This document shows, in pieces, positions 40,484 through 51,120 of a stretch of 64,000 nucleotides of DNA. Under the pieces are notes generated by a model, which was not told the DNA's origin, searched no databases, and was given only the letters and a program-made list of their open reading frames with translations. The position numbers and the translations under genes are program-made. Positions within the stretch are counted from its first letter, which is position 1, and the number at the start of each line of letters is the position of its first letter. The DNA is from an uncultured Aliarcobacter sp. (lineage in GTDB: Bacteria; Campylobacterota; Campylobacteria; Campylobacterales; Arcobacteraceae), in the NCBI GenBank assembly GCA_963677435.1, contig OY781945.1, positions 3,008,001-3,072,000 of the forward strand, given 5' to 3'.

Positions 40484-41065
40484 TTAATTTCCTAATAAAT
40501 GTTTTAAGTTTTTGTACTCTTGTGCTAAAATATCTTTGTTTTCATTTAAAAACTCTTGATTATCAAATCTAAAATTCATGATAAAATATCCATATTTTTC
40601 ATCTTCTACATCAGCTTCTAAATCAACTCTTGTATCATAAAAATCATCTAATTGGATTTTTGAAGCTAAAAATATAATCAAAATATTTAATGCTTTTTCT
40701 AAAGTCTCATCTTCGATTATATTTGCTAAAACAAAAATCAACTCTTTTGCTCCATCAAAATTATCATAAGACCATTTCTCAATCGCATGTTCATATAAAG
40801 CTCTTACATAAAGTAAATTGTCACCCTCAAGATTTAATTTCTCATGTTTGTTTAATATTTTTTCAACATTTGAAAATGATGTTTTTAAAATTTGCTCGTA
40901 CAATTTATTAACATTCTCTTCATCCAAATCTAAAACTAACATAGAGTCTAATGTTTCATACATTAAACCTATATCTTCAGCTTTCATAGAATTAACCCTT
41001 GCTTCTTCTAAATATTTCAAAAAATCTGGGTTTGTTCTTGCTTGAAATAGTGCTTCTTTATCCAT
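40484..41065 (-). CDS. Hypothetical alpha-helical protein
   Basis: 193-aa ORF overlapping the dapC stop and abutting the murC start. Confidence 0.7.
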   Translation of the reverse strand: MDKEALFQARTNPDFLKYLEEARVNSMKAEDIGLMYETLDSMLVLDLDEENVNKLYEQILKTSFSNVEKILNKHEKLNLEGDNLLYVRALYEHAIEKWSYDNFDGAKELIFVLANIIEDETLEKALNILIIFLASKIQLDDFYDTRVDLEADVEDEKYGYFIMNFRFDNQEFLNENKDILAQEYKNLKHLLGN

Positions 41066-42188
41066 TTATAAAATCCTTTAATCGTGTAAGAACATCTCTT
41101 GTTTTCTCTTCATTTTCAACAAGAGCTATTCTAATATAACCTTTTCCTAAACCATTTCTACCTAAAAAGCTTCCAGGTAATACTTTTATATTTTTTTCTT
41201 TATATAAGTTTTTTGTAAATTCTAACTCATCCTCAACTTCTAACCAAATATAAAAAGTTGCTTCTGGAATTGGAGTTCCTAAAATCTCATTTGCAATTTC
41301 AAAATTCTTTTTATAAATTTTTCTAAAACCTGCCACATGTTCTTGGTCATTCCATGCAACTGCAGCTGCTTCTTGAAGAGGAACTGGACTAGCACAACCT
41401 ACATAAGTTCTGTATTGTAAATACTCTTTTAAAATATCTGCATCACCAGCAATAAATCCACTTCGTAGACCTGGTGCAGAACTTCTTTTTGAAATTGAGT
41501 TCATTACTAAAACATTTTTAAAACTGTTATTTCCAACGAAAATCGAAGCTTCTAAAAGTGAAGCTGGTTTTGTAGCTTCATCAAAATAAATCTCAGAATA
41601 ACACTCATCATTTACTAGAATAAAATCAAACTCTAAGGCTTTTTTCACCCATTCACCTAATTCTGCTTTGCTCATTGAAGCTGATGTTGGATTATTTGGG
41701 AAATTTAAAATTACTAAATCACATCTTTTTAAATCTTCATCACTAAGGCTTGCTTTAAAACCATTCTCTTTTGTTAAATCAATGTGAATAACTTCTGCTC
41801 TTGAAGCAATTGCAGCACCTTCATAGATTTGATAAAAGGGATTTGTAAAAGCAATAACTGGATCTTTTTTATCAAATAAAGCAAATTGTGGGAAATTAAA
41901 TAAAACTTCTCTTGTACCAAAAGATGGCACAATTTGACTCATATGTAAAGTAATATCAAATCTTGCTTTTACAAAATTTATCATTGATTCTCTTAAAAAT
42001 GGCTCCCCTATTGTTGAGGGATATTTTTGTAAACTTGAAGTAGTCTCTTTTAATTTATCTTGTATAAAAGCTGGTGTTTCAAATTTTGGTTCACCAATTG
42101 TTAAAACTGATAATGCATACTCTTCATTTGGGATAATTCCCTCTAATAATTCATTTAATTTTTCAAATGGATATTTTTCAAAATTCAT
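41058..42188 (-). CDS. dapC: Succinyldiaminopimelate transaminase (class I PLP)
   Basis: YPFEKL, IGEP, NPFYQIYEGAA, DECYSEIY, SKRSSAPGLRSG and YRTYVG motifs. Confidence 0.85.
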   Translation of the reverse strand: MNFEKYPFEKLNELLEGIIPNEEYALSVLTIGEPKFETPAFIQDKLKETTSSLQKYPSTIGEPFLRESMINFVKARFDITLHMSQIVPSFGTREVLFNFPQFALFDKKDPVIAFTNPFYQIYEGAAIASRAEVIHIDLTKENGFKASLSDEDLKRCDLVILNFPNNPTSASMSKAELGEWVKKALEFDFILVNDECYSEIYFDEATKPASLLEASIFVGNNSFKNVLVMNSISKRSSAPGLRSGFIAGDADILKEYLQYRTYVGCASPVPLQEAAAVAWNDQEHVAGFRKIYKKNFEIANEILGTPIPEATFYIWLEVEDELEFTKNLYKEKNIKVLPGSFLGRNGLGKGYIRIALVENEEKTRDVLTRLKDFING

Positions 42189-42202
42189 AAAATTTATTCC
42201 TT

Positions 42203-43630
42203 TTATTCTTCAACTATTGGAATCAATAATTGATTAAATTTATTTAAATCGAATGCTATAAAATCGCTGTTTGTATAGAAAAACTTAAAGAAAAATCTCT
42301 TTTTAAACATATTCTCTTTTAAAGGTAAGAGTTGAAGCATCTCTTTTTGTTTTTTAAGTTCTCTTATTGGATTTTGTGCACTTGACACAACTTCTACTTT
42401 TTCATTAAATATTTTTGCTAAATTTTCAAAATGGTCTAAAAGATTAGTTTTTCCATCTTTTTCTCCAATTGGATCTAAATCAAAAATCTTTGTTTTTATT
42501 TTTAATTGGCTAGAAATATCAAATACAATTGGTGATATTTGCTCATAAGAGTTTGTATCATTTAAAATAATTACAGTTCTTTTTACGGCTTTTAAATTCT
42601 CTTTTCCAAATTTAAAAATTGGAATTTTTAAATCTAATACACTTTTTATATTCTCTTTATATTTAAACATTTCAGTTGTTAACATAATCATACCAATATT
42701 GTTTTTTCTGAAATCTTCTTTTATAATTTTACTAAAGCCCTTATTTCCATAATCAATTACTAAAACAATTGTTGGAAAATATTTCAATTCATCTTTAATA
42801 TATTGCATAATTGCAACACTTGTTGGCCTTGTAATTCGGACAATCAATAAATTATTTTTTAGTTTTTGGTTTAGATATTTTGCTTCATCTATTGCTTTCT
42901 TAACGCTTTCGTCATTTTGTAAATATAAATCTAAATATAGATAAATATTTGCACCAAAAGGCATAGGAAATTGCCCTTGTGTTTTTCCAATTGCATTATA
43001 AACTTGCATTAAAACATCTGGTTTTCCAATAACTAAAATAACATCATTTGGTTTTAAAACTAAAGATGGTTTTATTGTAATCATTTTTTGATTTCTATAA
43101 AGTCCGAAAATTTTCCACTCTTTTTGCTCAATTGAACCTATATATCTATAAGCATATGAGCTTCCAAATGGAATTCTAATTTCCATAATTTCACCCTGCT
43201 TCAGACCGATATTTTGGGCAAGAACTGGAACATTTGGAAGTTTTTCAACCATTCCATTTGCTAGAACTTCTATTCCTCTGTAAATATTTACTAAAGGATC
43301 ATTTATTTTCATTCCCCAATAATCTAAAATAGTCATTTGAATATTTTTTGTATGCTCTCTAATATTTTTTATTACATTCAACATTTCATCTTTTGAATTT
43401 TGAGCTATTAAAACTTCTGTATGAATATTTTTATCTAAAACCATCGCTAGTTTTGATTTTGAAGTTGGGTCAAACTTATAAAAAGTGAAGTTTGAAGGTT
43501 TTTGAACAGGTAAAATTAAGTCGCTCATATATATTACATCATAACTATTGTCACCTGTATTTGCTTCAATAATTCTTTGCATTAATTTTTTTGCAACAAT
43601 ACCATCTAGGATAATTAATATTTTTTTCAT
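42203..43630 (-). CDS. TrkA-C/RCK domain protein (COG3400-like)
   Basis: N-terminal Rossmann-like region (FDPTS) and GEIMEIRIPFGSSYAY...DVILVIG TrkA-C domain. Confidence 0.7.
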   Translation of the reverse strand: MKKILIILDGIVAKKLMQRIIEANTGDNSYDVIYMSDLILPVQKPSNFTFYKFDPTSKSKLAMVLDKNIHTEVLIAQNSKDEMLNVIKNIREHTKNIQMTILDYWGMKINDPLVNIYRGIEVLANGMVEKLPNVPVLAQNIGLKQGEIMEIRIPFGSSYAYRYIGSIEQKEWKIFGLYRNQKMITIKPSLVLKPNDVILVIGKPDVLMQVYNAIGKTQGQFPMPFGANIYLYLDLYLQNDESVKKAIDEAKYLNQKLKNNLLIVRITRPTSVAIMQYIKDELKYFPTIVLVIDYGNKGFSKIIKEDFRKNNIGMIMLTTEMFKYKENIKSVLDLKIPIFKFGKENLKAVKRTVIILNDTNSYEQISPIVFDISSQLKIKTKIFDLDPIGEKDGKTNLLDHFENLAKIFNEKVEVVSSAQNPIRELKKQKEMLQLLPLKENMFKKRFFFKFFYTNSDFIAFDLNKFNQLLIPIVEE

Positions 43631-43745
43631 GAGGGCAATTATATCCTAAAAAAATTAATTGTAGATTTTAAATATCTATCAATTAAGAGCTATAATCTTA
43701 CTTTAGATATAATAAGATTATCAAAAAAAAAGGTTTATATTATTT

Positions 43746-44867
43746 ATGGAATTTACAATTGACGCCACTTCAAATAAAGCTAGAGCTTGTACAATAAAAA
43801 CAGCTCACAGCACAATCCAAACTCCTGTATTTATGCCAGTTGGAACACAAGGAACTGTAAAAGCTCTTGATGCCAACGATATGCTAGAACTTGGAGCAAA
43901 AATTATACTTGGAAATACTTATCACTTATATTTAAGACCAGGGAGTAAGCTTATTAAAAAATTTGGAGGACTTCATGGTTTTTCAAAATTTCCTAACTCA
44001 TTTTTAACTGACTCTGGTGGGTTTCAAGCATTTTCATTAAGCTCAAACTCAAAACCAGATGAAAATGGAATTATGTTTAAATCACATATTGATGGAAGTA
44101 AACACTACTTTACACCTCAAAGTGTACTTGATACACAATATGATTTGAACTCTGATATTATGATGATTTTAGATGATTTAGTTGCCTTGCCAAATACAAA
44201 AGAGAGAATTGCAAAATCAATTGAGAGAACTACAAAATGGGCAAAAGAAGCAATTGAATATCACATGAAACAAAAAGCAAAGGGAATTGGGACACACCAA
44301 AATATCTTCGCAATTATCCAAGGTGGAACAGACAAAGAATTTAGAAAAATGAGTGCGGAACAACTTTGTGCTTTAACAGACTATGATGGTTTTGCAATTG
44401 GTGGATTAAGTGTTGGTGAGCCAAATGCAGATATGTACGAAACTGTTGAGTGGACTACACAATTTATGCCAAAGGATAAACCAAGATATTTAATGGGTGT
44501 GGGAACTCCTGAGGATTTAATAGAAAATATCGAGCGTGGAGTTGATATGTTTGACTGCGTTATGCCCACAAGAAATGCAAGAAATGGAACACTATTTACT
44601 ACTTTTGGAAGATTAAATATCAAAAAAGCAGATTTTAAAGATGATATGACGCCAATAGATGAAGCATGTGAATGTTACACTTGTAAAAACTTCTCAAAAG
44701 CATATTTAAATCATCTTTACAGAGCAAAAGAGATTACATATTTTAGACTTGGTTCTATTCACAATATTCATTACTATTTATCATTAATGAAAGAAGCAAG
44801 AACTGCTATTTTAAATGATAATTGGCTTGAATTTAAAAAAGAGTTTTACGCTAAAAGAAGCAAATAA
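43746..44867 (+). CDS. tgt: Queuine tRNA-ribosyltransferase
   Basis: [31 protein letters not shown] and CECYTC motifs. Confidence 0.97.
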   Translation: MEFTIDATSNKARACTIKTAHSTIQTPVFMPVGTQGTVKALDANDMLELGAKIILGNTYHLYLRPGSKLIKKFGGLHGFSKFPNSFLTDSGGFQAFSLSSNSKPDENGIMFKSHIDGSKHYFTPQSVLDTQYDLNSDIMMILDDLVALPNTKERIAKSIERTTKWAKEAIEYHMKQKAKGIGTHQNIFAIIQGGTDKEFRKMSAEQLCALTDYDGFAIGGLSVGEPNADMYETVEWTTQFMPKDKPRYLMGVGTPEDLIENIERGVDMFDCVMPTRNARNGTLFTTFGRLNIKKADFKDDMTPIDEACECYTCKNFSKAYLNHLYRAKEITYFRLGSIHNIHYYLSLMKEARTAILNDNWLEFKKEFYAKRSK

Positions 44868-44912
44868 ACTCTTTTTAGCTAGAATTAAAAATATTATATA
44901 TTAAGGAAATTT

Positions 44913-45203
44913 ATGACTGTTGATGATAATTTAATAGCAAAATTAGCGAAACTTTCAAGTTTAGAAATTGATGATTCAAGAAAAGAAGCACTAAAAACTG
45001 AATTGGGTGATATTATAAACTTTGTTGAAAATTTAAATGAAATTGATGTTTCAGGAATCGAAGCAACATTTAGTACAATCGAGGGTGGAACACCTTTAAG
45101 AGAAGATGTTTCAAATCAAGATTTAGAACTATCAAACCATATTTTAAAACATGCTCCAAAATCTGAAGATGGTTATTTTATAGTTCCAAAAATTATTGAG
45201 TAA
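44913..45203 (+). CDS. gatC: Asp/Glu-tRNA amidotransferase subunit C
   Basis: LAKLSSL, TPLRED and HAP...GYFIVPKII motifs. Confidence 0.93.
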   Translation: MTVDDNLIAKLAKLSSLEIDDSRKEALKTELGDIINFVENLNEIDVSGIEATFSTIEGGTPLREDVSNQDLELSNHILKHAPKSEDGYFIVPKIIE

Positions 45204-45206
45204 AAA

Positions 45207-45548
45207 ATGATTACAGTTTATGGAATAAAAACTTGCGGGAGTGTAAGAAATGCTTTGAAATTTTTCAAAGATAATAACATTGAAGTTGAATTTTTTGATT
45301 TTAAAAAAGAGACTCCTGCAAGTGATAAAATCAAATCTTGGGTAGATAAATCTGATATAAATATTTTATTTAATTCAAAAGGTACAAAATACAAAACTCT
45401 AAATCTAAAAGAGTTAAACCTAGATGCAAATGGAAAATATGAATGGTTATGCAAAGACCCAATGCTTTTTAAAAGACCAGTTATTGAATTTGATGATAAA
45501 GTTTTAGTAGCTTGGGATGAAGAGGTTTATAAAAAGACTTTTTTATAA
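45207..45548 (+). CDS. ArsC/Spx/YffB family protein
   Basis: VYGIKTCGSVRNA and PMLFKRPVI motifs. Confidence 0.85.
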   Translation: MITVYGIKTCGSVRNALKFFKDNNIEVEFFDFKKETPASDKIKSWVDKSDINILFNSKGTKYKTLNLKELNLDANGKYEWLCKDPMLFKRPVIEFDDKVLVAWDEEVYKKTFL

Positions 45549-45572
45549 GAAGTGGGCTTTTGCCACTTCTTA
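45546..45572. terminator. Hairpin between convergent arsC-like and ompK-like genes
   Basis: TAAGAAGTGG-gcttttg-CCACTTCTTA. Confidence 0.65.
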
Positions 45573-46415
45573 AAATTTGTATGCAACATTAAAATAGTTT
45601 GCAAATCCTGTAGTATTAGTCTTTTTACCATTTAATATTTCTCCATCTTTCCATTGAGTCATATCTTTATAAGCCTTTAATCCATATCCAACTATCCATT
45701 TTTTATCATGAATCCAAAAACCTAAATATGATTGTAATGAATCACTTGATCTGTATTGTTTTTCAAAATCTGTTTGAGCAAGGTCGCTGCCAAACTCATA
45801 ATCTAAATAACCTTGAAAAGACAAAAATCTACTACCATTAAAATGATAAATAGGTTTAAACCAATTTATGTGAGCCACATATCCATCGAAACTATTTTCA
45901 TTACTTGCACCATAATTATCTTGCACATATCTAGTATAAAAATTCACACCACTTTTTCCTAACCAAGGAATATCTATATCACTTCCTATTCCCATCCAAA
46001 GGATTTTTAAACCCTTATCATTTCCAGGACTAGGATCTGCATAATATATATCAAAAGCAAAAAATAACTCTTTTAAAGCACCATAAGATAAATCTTTATC
46101 TAATAAATAATCAAGAGAAATTCTAGGTTCTATATCAGCAAAAAAATTGTTATCTCCATGTTTATCACTAGCTGAGCTATTTAAAGCATCTAAAAAATCT
46201 ACATAACCATATAAATCAAGCCATTCATATCTTCCACCAAATTCAAATTCCGCATAAGTATCATCAAAGGCAAAAGGTCCAGCTCTTTGATTTTCACCTT
46301 TATATAGGTGCAAAGTAGCCCATTGTGAATTTGTAATGTCATTAATATCTTTCGCAGAGACATTAATAAATAAAAAAATAGTTAATAAAACTATTTTAAA
46401 AAAAAGATTCTTCAT
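45570..46415 (-). CDS. OmpK/Tsx-family outer-membrane nucleoside channel
   Basis: Signal peptide; TYAEFEFGGR...DLYGYVD, EPRISLD and NWFKP motifs; C-terminal YKF. Confidence 0.82.
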   Translation of the reverse strand: MKNLFFKIVLLTIFLFINVSAKDINDITNSQWATLHLYKGENQRAGPFAFDDTYAEFEFGGRYEWLDLYGYVDFLDALNSSASDKHGDNNFFADIEPRISLDYLLDKDLSYGALKELFFAFDIYYADPSPGNDKGLKILWMGIGSDIDIPWLGKSGVNFYTRYVQDNYGASNENSFDGYVAHINWFKPIYHFNGSRFLSFQGYLDYEFGSDLAQTDFEKQYRSSDSLQSYLGFWIHDKKWIVGYGLKAYKDMTQWKDGEILNGKKTNTTGFANYFNVAYKF

Positions 46416-46435
46416 TTTATTTCCTTGTTTTAGTC

Positions 46436-46470
46436 AAAAAAAAAGGAGAAAGCCAAAACTCTCCCCTTTT
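46436..46470 (-). terminator. Terminator after the DAHP synthase gene
   Basis: Imperfect AAAAGGAGA / TCTCCCTTTT hairpin with a long T-run on the minus strand. Confidence 0.55.
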
Positions 46471-46490
46471 TAATATTTCAAAAAATTAGC

Positions 46491-47852
46491 TTATGCTAAA
46501 TTTTTTCTTGCTTCTTTTAATGTATCAGCTATCATAAATGATAATTCTAAAGCTTGGTCTGCATTCATTCTTGGGTCACATTGAGTGTGATATCTATTTG
46601 ATAAACTCTCTTGAGTAACAGCAGAAGATGCACTCCCTGTACACTCTGTTACATTTTGTCCTGTCATTTCAAGATGAATTCCACCTGCATATGTACCCTC
46701 AGATCTATGGATTTGGAAGAACTGTTTTACTTCACTTAAAATTGCTTCAAAATCTCTAGTTTTATATCCATTATCAGCTTTGATTGTATTTCCATGCATT
46801 GGATCACTTGACCATAATACATTTTTACCCTCAGCTTTTACTCTTTTTAATAATTTAGGTAAGAAATCACCTACTTTATTTGCACCCATTCTAACGATTA
46901 GATTTAATCTCCCAGCTTCATTATTTGGATTTAAAGTATCTATTAATTGAATTAATTCATCCTCTTTCATAGTTGGACCAACTTTACATCCAATAGGATT
47001 ATTAATTCCTCTAAAATACTCAATATGAGCATCTCTTAAATCTCTTGTTCTATCGCCAATCCATAACATATGAGCAGCACAGTTAAACCAATCACCAGTA
47101 ATTGAATCTTTTCTTGTAAGTGCTTGTTCATAATTTAACAACAATGCTTCATGAGAAGTAAATAGAGTTGTTTGGTTAAGTTGTGGAGTGTTTTCACTTG
47201 TAATTCCACAAGCTTTCATAAATGTTAAACTTTCAGATATTTTATTTGCAAGTTCTTCATATTTTGCACCTAAGTAATTATCTTTAACAAAATCTAAATT
47301 CCATAAATGAACTTGATTTAAATCAGCCATTCCACCCCTTGAAAATGCTCTTAAAAGATTCATAGTTGCAGCACTTTGATTGTATGCTTTTAAAAGTTTC
47401 TTAGCTCTTGGATTTCTAGCTTTTTCAGTAAATTCCATATCATTTATAATATCACCTCTATACGAAGGTAAAGATATTCCATCTATTTCTTCAAAATCTG
47501 AACTTCTAGGTTTTGCAAATTGTCCAGCAACTCGTCCAACTTTTACAACAGGACAACCACCAGAAAATGTTAAAACTACAGCCATTTGCATCATAACTTT
47601 AAATAAATCTTTAATATTTGTTGCATTAAATGAAGCAAAAGATTCAGCACAATCTCCACCTTGAAGTAAAAATGCTTTTCCATTTACAACATCAGCTAAT
47701 TGTTTTTTTAAATTTAAGGCCTCACCAGCAAAAATTAAAGGAGGATAAGAAGCTAGTTCATTTTCTACTTTTTTTAGTTTTTCTAAATCATTATAAGTAG
47801 GTTGTTGCTTTATAGGAAAATCTCTCCAGCTACTAGGATTCCAATTGTTCAT
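46491..47852 (-). CDS. 3-deoxy-7-phosphoheptulonate (DAHP) synthase, class II
   Basis: [35 protein letters not shown] and CDPRMN motifs. Confidence 0.95.
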   Translation of the reverse strand: MNNWNPSSWRDFPIKQQPTYNDLEKLKKVENELASYPPLIFAGEALNLKKQLADVVNGKAFLLQGGDCAESFASFNATNIKDLFKVMMQMAVVLTFSGGCPVVKVGRVAGQFAKPRSSDFEEIDGISLPSYRGDIINDMEFTEKARNPRAKKLLKAYNQSAATMNLLRAFSRGGMADLNQVHLWNLDFVKDNYLGAKYEELANKISESLTFMKACGITSENTPQLNQTTLFTSHEALLLNYEQALTRKDSITGDWFNCAAHMLWIGDRTRDLRDAHIEYFRGINNPIGCKVGPTMKEDELIQLIDTLNPNNEAGRLNLIVRMGANKVGDFLPKLLKRVKAEGKNVLWSSDPMHGNTIKADNGYKTRDFEAILSEVKQFFQIHRSEGTYAGGIHLEMTGQNVTECTGSASSAVTQESLSNRYHTQCDPRMNADQALELSFMIADTLKEARKNLA

Positions 47853-47963
47853 TTTTAATCTGCCTTTTATATATTTTATTTAATTAGATAAATTTTAGCT
47901 AAATATTTCTTAAGGAGTGAGTCCTAAAAAGTTACCAATTTGTAATTTATGAAGAGATAAAAC

Positions 47964-47997
47964 TATAATGTAGCTATAATTTCCAAGCTACATTATA
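47964..47997 (-). terminator. Hairpin downstream of tal
   Basis: Perfect 12-bp inverted repeat TATAATGTAGCT-N10-AGCTACATTATA. Confidence 0.6.
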
Positions 47998-48011
47998 ATT
48001 TTTTTTAATAG

Positions 48012-49004
48012 TTAGTGAATTAATTTTGAAAGTAAATCTCTGAATGAAACTTTAAAAGATTCAAGACCATCAGTTAAAAGTTTTGAATAAATATTTTCCA
48101 TATTTATTCCTTTTTGTTTTAAAGTAGCAAAATATTTATCACAGTCAACTTCACTCATAATTGCAGTTTCAACTTTTGAACCATCTTTAACCCAATCTTC
48201 GATTGTAGCAAGTGGTGCTGTATTTATTGAGTTTGGATAAATTAAGTTATCCACATAATAACTAGGACTTAATTCATCACCTTTTACTCCTGTACTTGCA
48301 AAAAGAGTTCTAATATTTGGATTTCCAAATTTATTAATTTCATGGTAACATTTTGTTGCGTTTATGATTCCTAATTTTGAAGTTTGTAAACCTTTTAATT
48401 TAAAATCATTATCTGTTAATCTATCAAATCTTGATACAAATACCGAAACAACAGCTCTAATATCTTTATTTGAATCTTTTATCCCCTCATCTAAAGCTTG
48501 AGTACATTTTATTGCTTGTTCAGGTGAAAAAATTAAAGTTGCATTTACATTTATTCCCTTTGAAGTTAACTCTCTCATTGCAATATAACCAGCTTGTGTT
48601 GCTGGAACTTTTATCATAACATTATCAGCACTGATTGAAGAATAAAGTCTAACACCCTCTTCTATAGTTCCTGCTGCATCATCACATAAAAGTGGGTCAA
48701 CTTCAATAGAAATAAAACCATCGTCAGCATCATTTTTATGTAATTCATTTAATAAAAAAGCAGCTCTTTTAATATCTGTTAGTGCTAACTCTTCATAAAT
48801 AGTTTTTTCATTATTTGCTTGAAGCATATCAAGTTGTTGTTTATATGCTAAAGAATTTGTAATTGATGATTCAAAAATTGCAGGATTTGAAGTAGCACCT
48901 TGAATATATTTCTTTTTGATTATCTCTTTAAATCTTGTTTCTAAAAAATCTCTTTCAATAAAATCACACCATAAAGAGAAATTGATATCTTCTTTTAAAC
49001 TCAT
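48012..49004 (-). CDS. tal: Transaldolase
   Basis: GATSNPAIF, SIEVDP, NVMIKVPAT (Schiff-base Lys), NATLIFS and LFASTGVK motifs. Confidence 0.94.
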   Translation of the reverse strand: MSLKEDINFSLWCDFIERDFLETRFKEIIKKKYIQGATSNPAIFESSITNSLAYKQQLDMLQANNEKTIYEELALTDIKRAAFLLNELHKNDADDGFISIEVDPLLCDDAAGTIEEGVRLYSSISADNVMIKVPATQAGYIAMRELTSKGINVNATLIFSPEQAIKCTQALDEGIKDSNKDIRAVVSVFVSRFDRLTDNDFKLKGLQTSKLGIINATKCYHEINKFGNPNIRTLFASTGVKGDELSPSYYVDNLIYPNSINTAPLATIEDWVKDGSKVETAIMSEVDCDKYFATLKQKGINMENIYSKLLTDGLESFKVSFRDLLSKLIH

Positions 49005-49119
49005 CGTTATTCCTTTAAATATATCCCATTTAAAAAGGGGATTTATGCATTTTTAACTTCTTTAGGTAAAAATAAATTTCATCTAAAGAAGTAAACTCCA
49101 AAGGGCTTTAAAATAAAGC

Positions 49120-49743
49120 CTATTTAATATAATCTAAAATTTTTGTTAAATCTTTTGTATCTATAATTATATTTGCTTCTTTTTTAAGAACTTCTCTTGC
49201 ACAAAAAGCAACTCTTGTATCAGCATGTTCAAACATTGATAAATCATTCGCACCATCTCCACAAACTAATGTATCAGCTCTTGTGATTCCCATTAGATTC
49301 TGAATTCTTTGAAGCATATCACCTTTTGAATATCCAAACATCATATCTCCACCAATAAGACCTGTTAGTTTCCCATCTTTTTGATGTAAAACATTTGAGA
49401 AATCAGCATCTAAACCTAATTTTTCCCTTGCAGGAGTTGTACCAATTCTAAAACCACCAGAAAAACAAACTACTTTGTAACCCATTTTTTGAAGTGCTGG
49501 AACTAACTCCATTGCACCTGGCATTAAAGGAAGGTTTGCACAAATATCCACAACTCTTTGGTAATCCATACCTTTTAAAAGAGCAACTCTTGTAGTTAAA
49601 GATTCAAAGAAATCTAATCTTCCACTCATTGCTTCTTCAGTAATTTTTGTAACTTGTTCACCAATACCTAACTCTTCTGCTAAAAAGTCGATAGTCTCGC
49701 CATCCATAAGTGTTGAATCAAAATCGAAAACAGCTAATTTCAT
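49120..49743 (-). CDS. serB: Phosphoserine phosphatase (HAD)
   Basis: VFDFDSTL, ETID, FSGGF and GDGANDLSM motifs. Confidence 0.94.
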   Translation of the reverse strand: MKLAVFDFDSTLMDGETIDFLAEELGIGEQVTKITEEAMSGRLDFFESLTTRVALLKGMDYQRVVDICANLPLMPGAMELVPALQKMGYKVVCFSGGFRIGTTPAREKLGLDADFSNVLHQKDGKLTGLIGGDMMFGYSKGDMLQRIQNLMGITRADTLVCGDGANDLSMFEHADTRVAFCAREVLKKEANIIIDTKDLTKILDYIK

Positions 49744-49822
49744 TAATTTTCCCTAGTTTTATTCTTTAAAGGGTATAATTTTAGCCAAATAAAACTAAAT
49801 ATACTAAAGGATTGTTTATCCA

Positions 49823-50734
49823 ATGTTTGAAACACTTATACAAAAACTTCAAGAAGATAGATACTTAACACTTGAAACAACGCCTCAACATGAACCATCT
49901 ATGCATAATATTATTGAAAGAATTAAAAAGTTTAAATTACAAGATAGAGTTGATGGTTTTTCGTGCACAGATAATCCTCTTGCAAAATTAAAATATAATG
50001 CACTTTTTGCTTCACTTAAACTTCAAATGGAGTTTAAAAAACCTGTAATTGCCACAATGACAATGAGAGATAGAAATAAAATTGCACTTCAATCTGATTT
50101 AATGGGAGCAAATGATTTTGATGTAAGAGCTATACTTGCACTTACAGGAGATCCTGCAAAAATGAGTGATCAACCCCATGCAAAAGGAGTTTTTGAAGCA
50201 AACTCTTTAATGCTTTTAAAAATCATAAAATCGTTTAACTATGGTATGGATATGTCAGGTCATCCTTTTAAAATCGAACCTAAACAAATTTTTCCATTTT
50301 CTGTTACAAACTCATATGCAAAAAACTTCTCAAGTTTAGAGAAAAAAATGCACTTAAAAATTCAAAATGGAGCAATGGGAATAATCTCTCAACCAGTATT
50401 TGATATAGAAAATGCAAAAAAACTTTTGGAATCATTCAACATAGCTAAAGAAGGAGTTGAAGGAGATAAGAAAAAAGCTCAATTAATATTTGGACTTTTC
50501 CCTGTTACGAAGCTGAGAACTGCCCTATTTTTATCAGCACAAGTTCCAGGTATTCATGTTCCTCAATTTTGGATTGATGCCCTTGAATCTGCTCATAACA
50601 TTTCAGAAGAGGAAGAGTATAAAGTTGGAATGCAATTAAGTCAAGATTTATTCAGAGATTTAAATAAACTTCACCCAAAAATCCACCTTATGACAGCAAA
50701 TAGATTTGATGTTGCTAATGAGATAATTTCTTGA
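49823..50734 (+). CDS. metF: Methylenetetrahydrofolate reductase
   Basis: TMRDRN, ILALTGDP, LKIQNGA...SQPVFD motifs. Confidence 0.85.
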   Translation: MFETLIQKLQEDRYLTLETTPQHEPSMHNIIERIKKFKLQDRVDGFSCTDNPLAKLKYNALFASLKLQMEFKKPVIATMTMRDRNKIALQSDLMGANDFDVRAILALTGDPAKMSDQPHAKGVFEANSLMLLKIIKSFNYGMDMSGHPFKIEPKQIFPFSVTNSYAKNFSSLEKKMHLKIQNGAMGIISQPVFDIENAKKLLESFNIAKEGVEGDKKKAQLIFGLFPVTKLRTALFLSAQVPGIHVPQFWIDALESAHNISEEEEYKVGMQLSQDLFRDLNKLHPKIHLMTANRFDVANEIIS

Positions 50735-51114
50735 AATTAGCCTCAATTGATGTTGGTTTAAAAAGAATAGGAGTTGCAATTTGTCTAACTTCAGACATTG
50801 TGACTCCACAAAGTGCAATTTTAAGAAAAAATAGAGACCAAGCGGCACGAGATGTGAATATTTTTTTAAAAGAGTGGGAAATTGAAAAACTAATTGTTGG
50901 ATTTCCAAGTGCAAGTGAAGATATGCAAAAAAGAATAAAACATTTTGTAGCTTTACTTGAACTTTCTATTCCTTACGAATTTCAAGAAGAAAACATGAGT
51001 TCTATTGAAGCTGAGGATTTAATCAAAGGTGAAATTAAATACAAACGAGATGGAAGAGTAGATTCAATCGCTGCTAAAATTATATTAGAGCGCTTTTTAG
51101 CTAAAAAACACTAA
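50731..51114 (+). CDS. ruvX: Holliday junction resolvase-like / pre-16S rRNA nuclease RuvX (YqgF)
   Basis: IDVGLKRIGVA, IVGFP and VDSIAAKIILE motifs. Confidence 0.92.
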   Translation: MKLASIDVGLKRIGVAICLTSDIVTPQSAILRKNRDQAARDVNIFLKEWEIEKLIVGFPSASEDMQKRIKHFVALLELSIPYEFQEENMSSIEAEDLIKGEIKYKRDGRVDSIAAKIILERFLAKKH

Positions 51115-51120
51115 TTATAT

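Noticed and set aside
43723..43732. Poly-A tract upstream of tgt as a phase-variation site
   Set aside because: A/T runs are ubiquitous here, and no long poly-G/C tracts of the Campylobacter contingency type were seen
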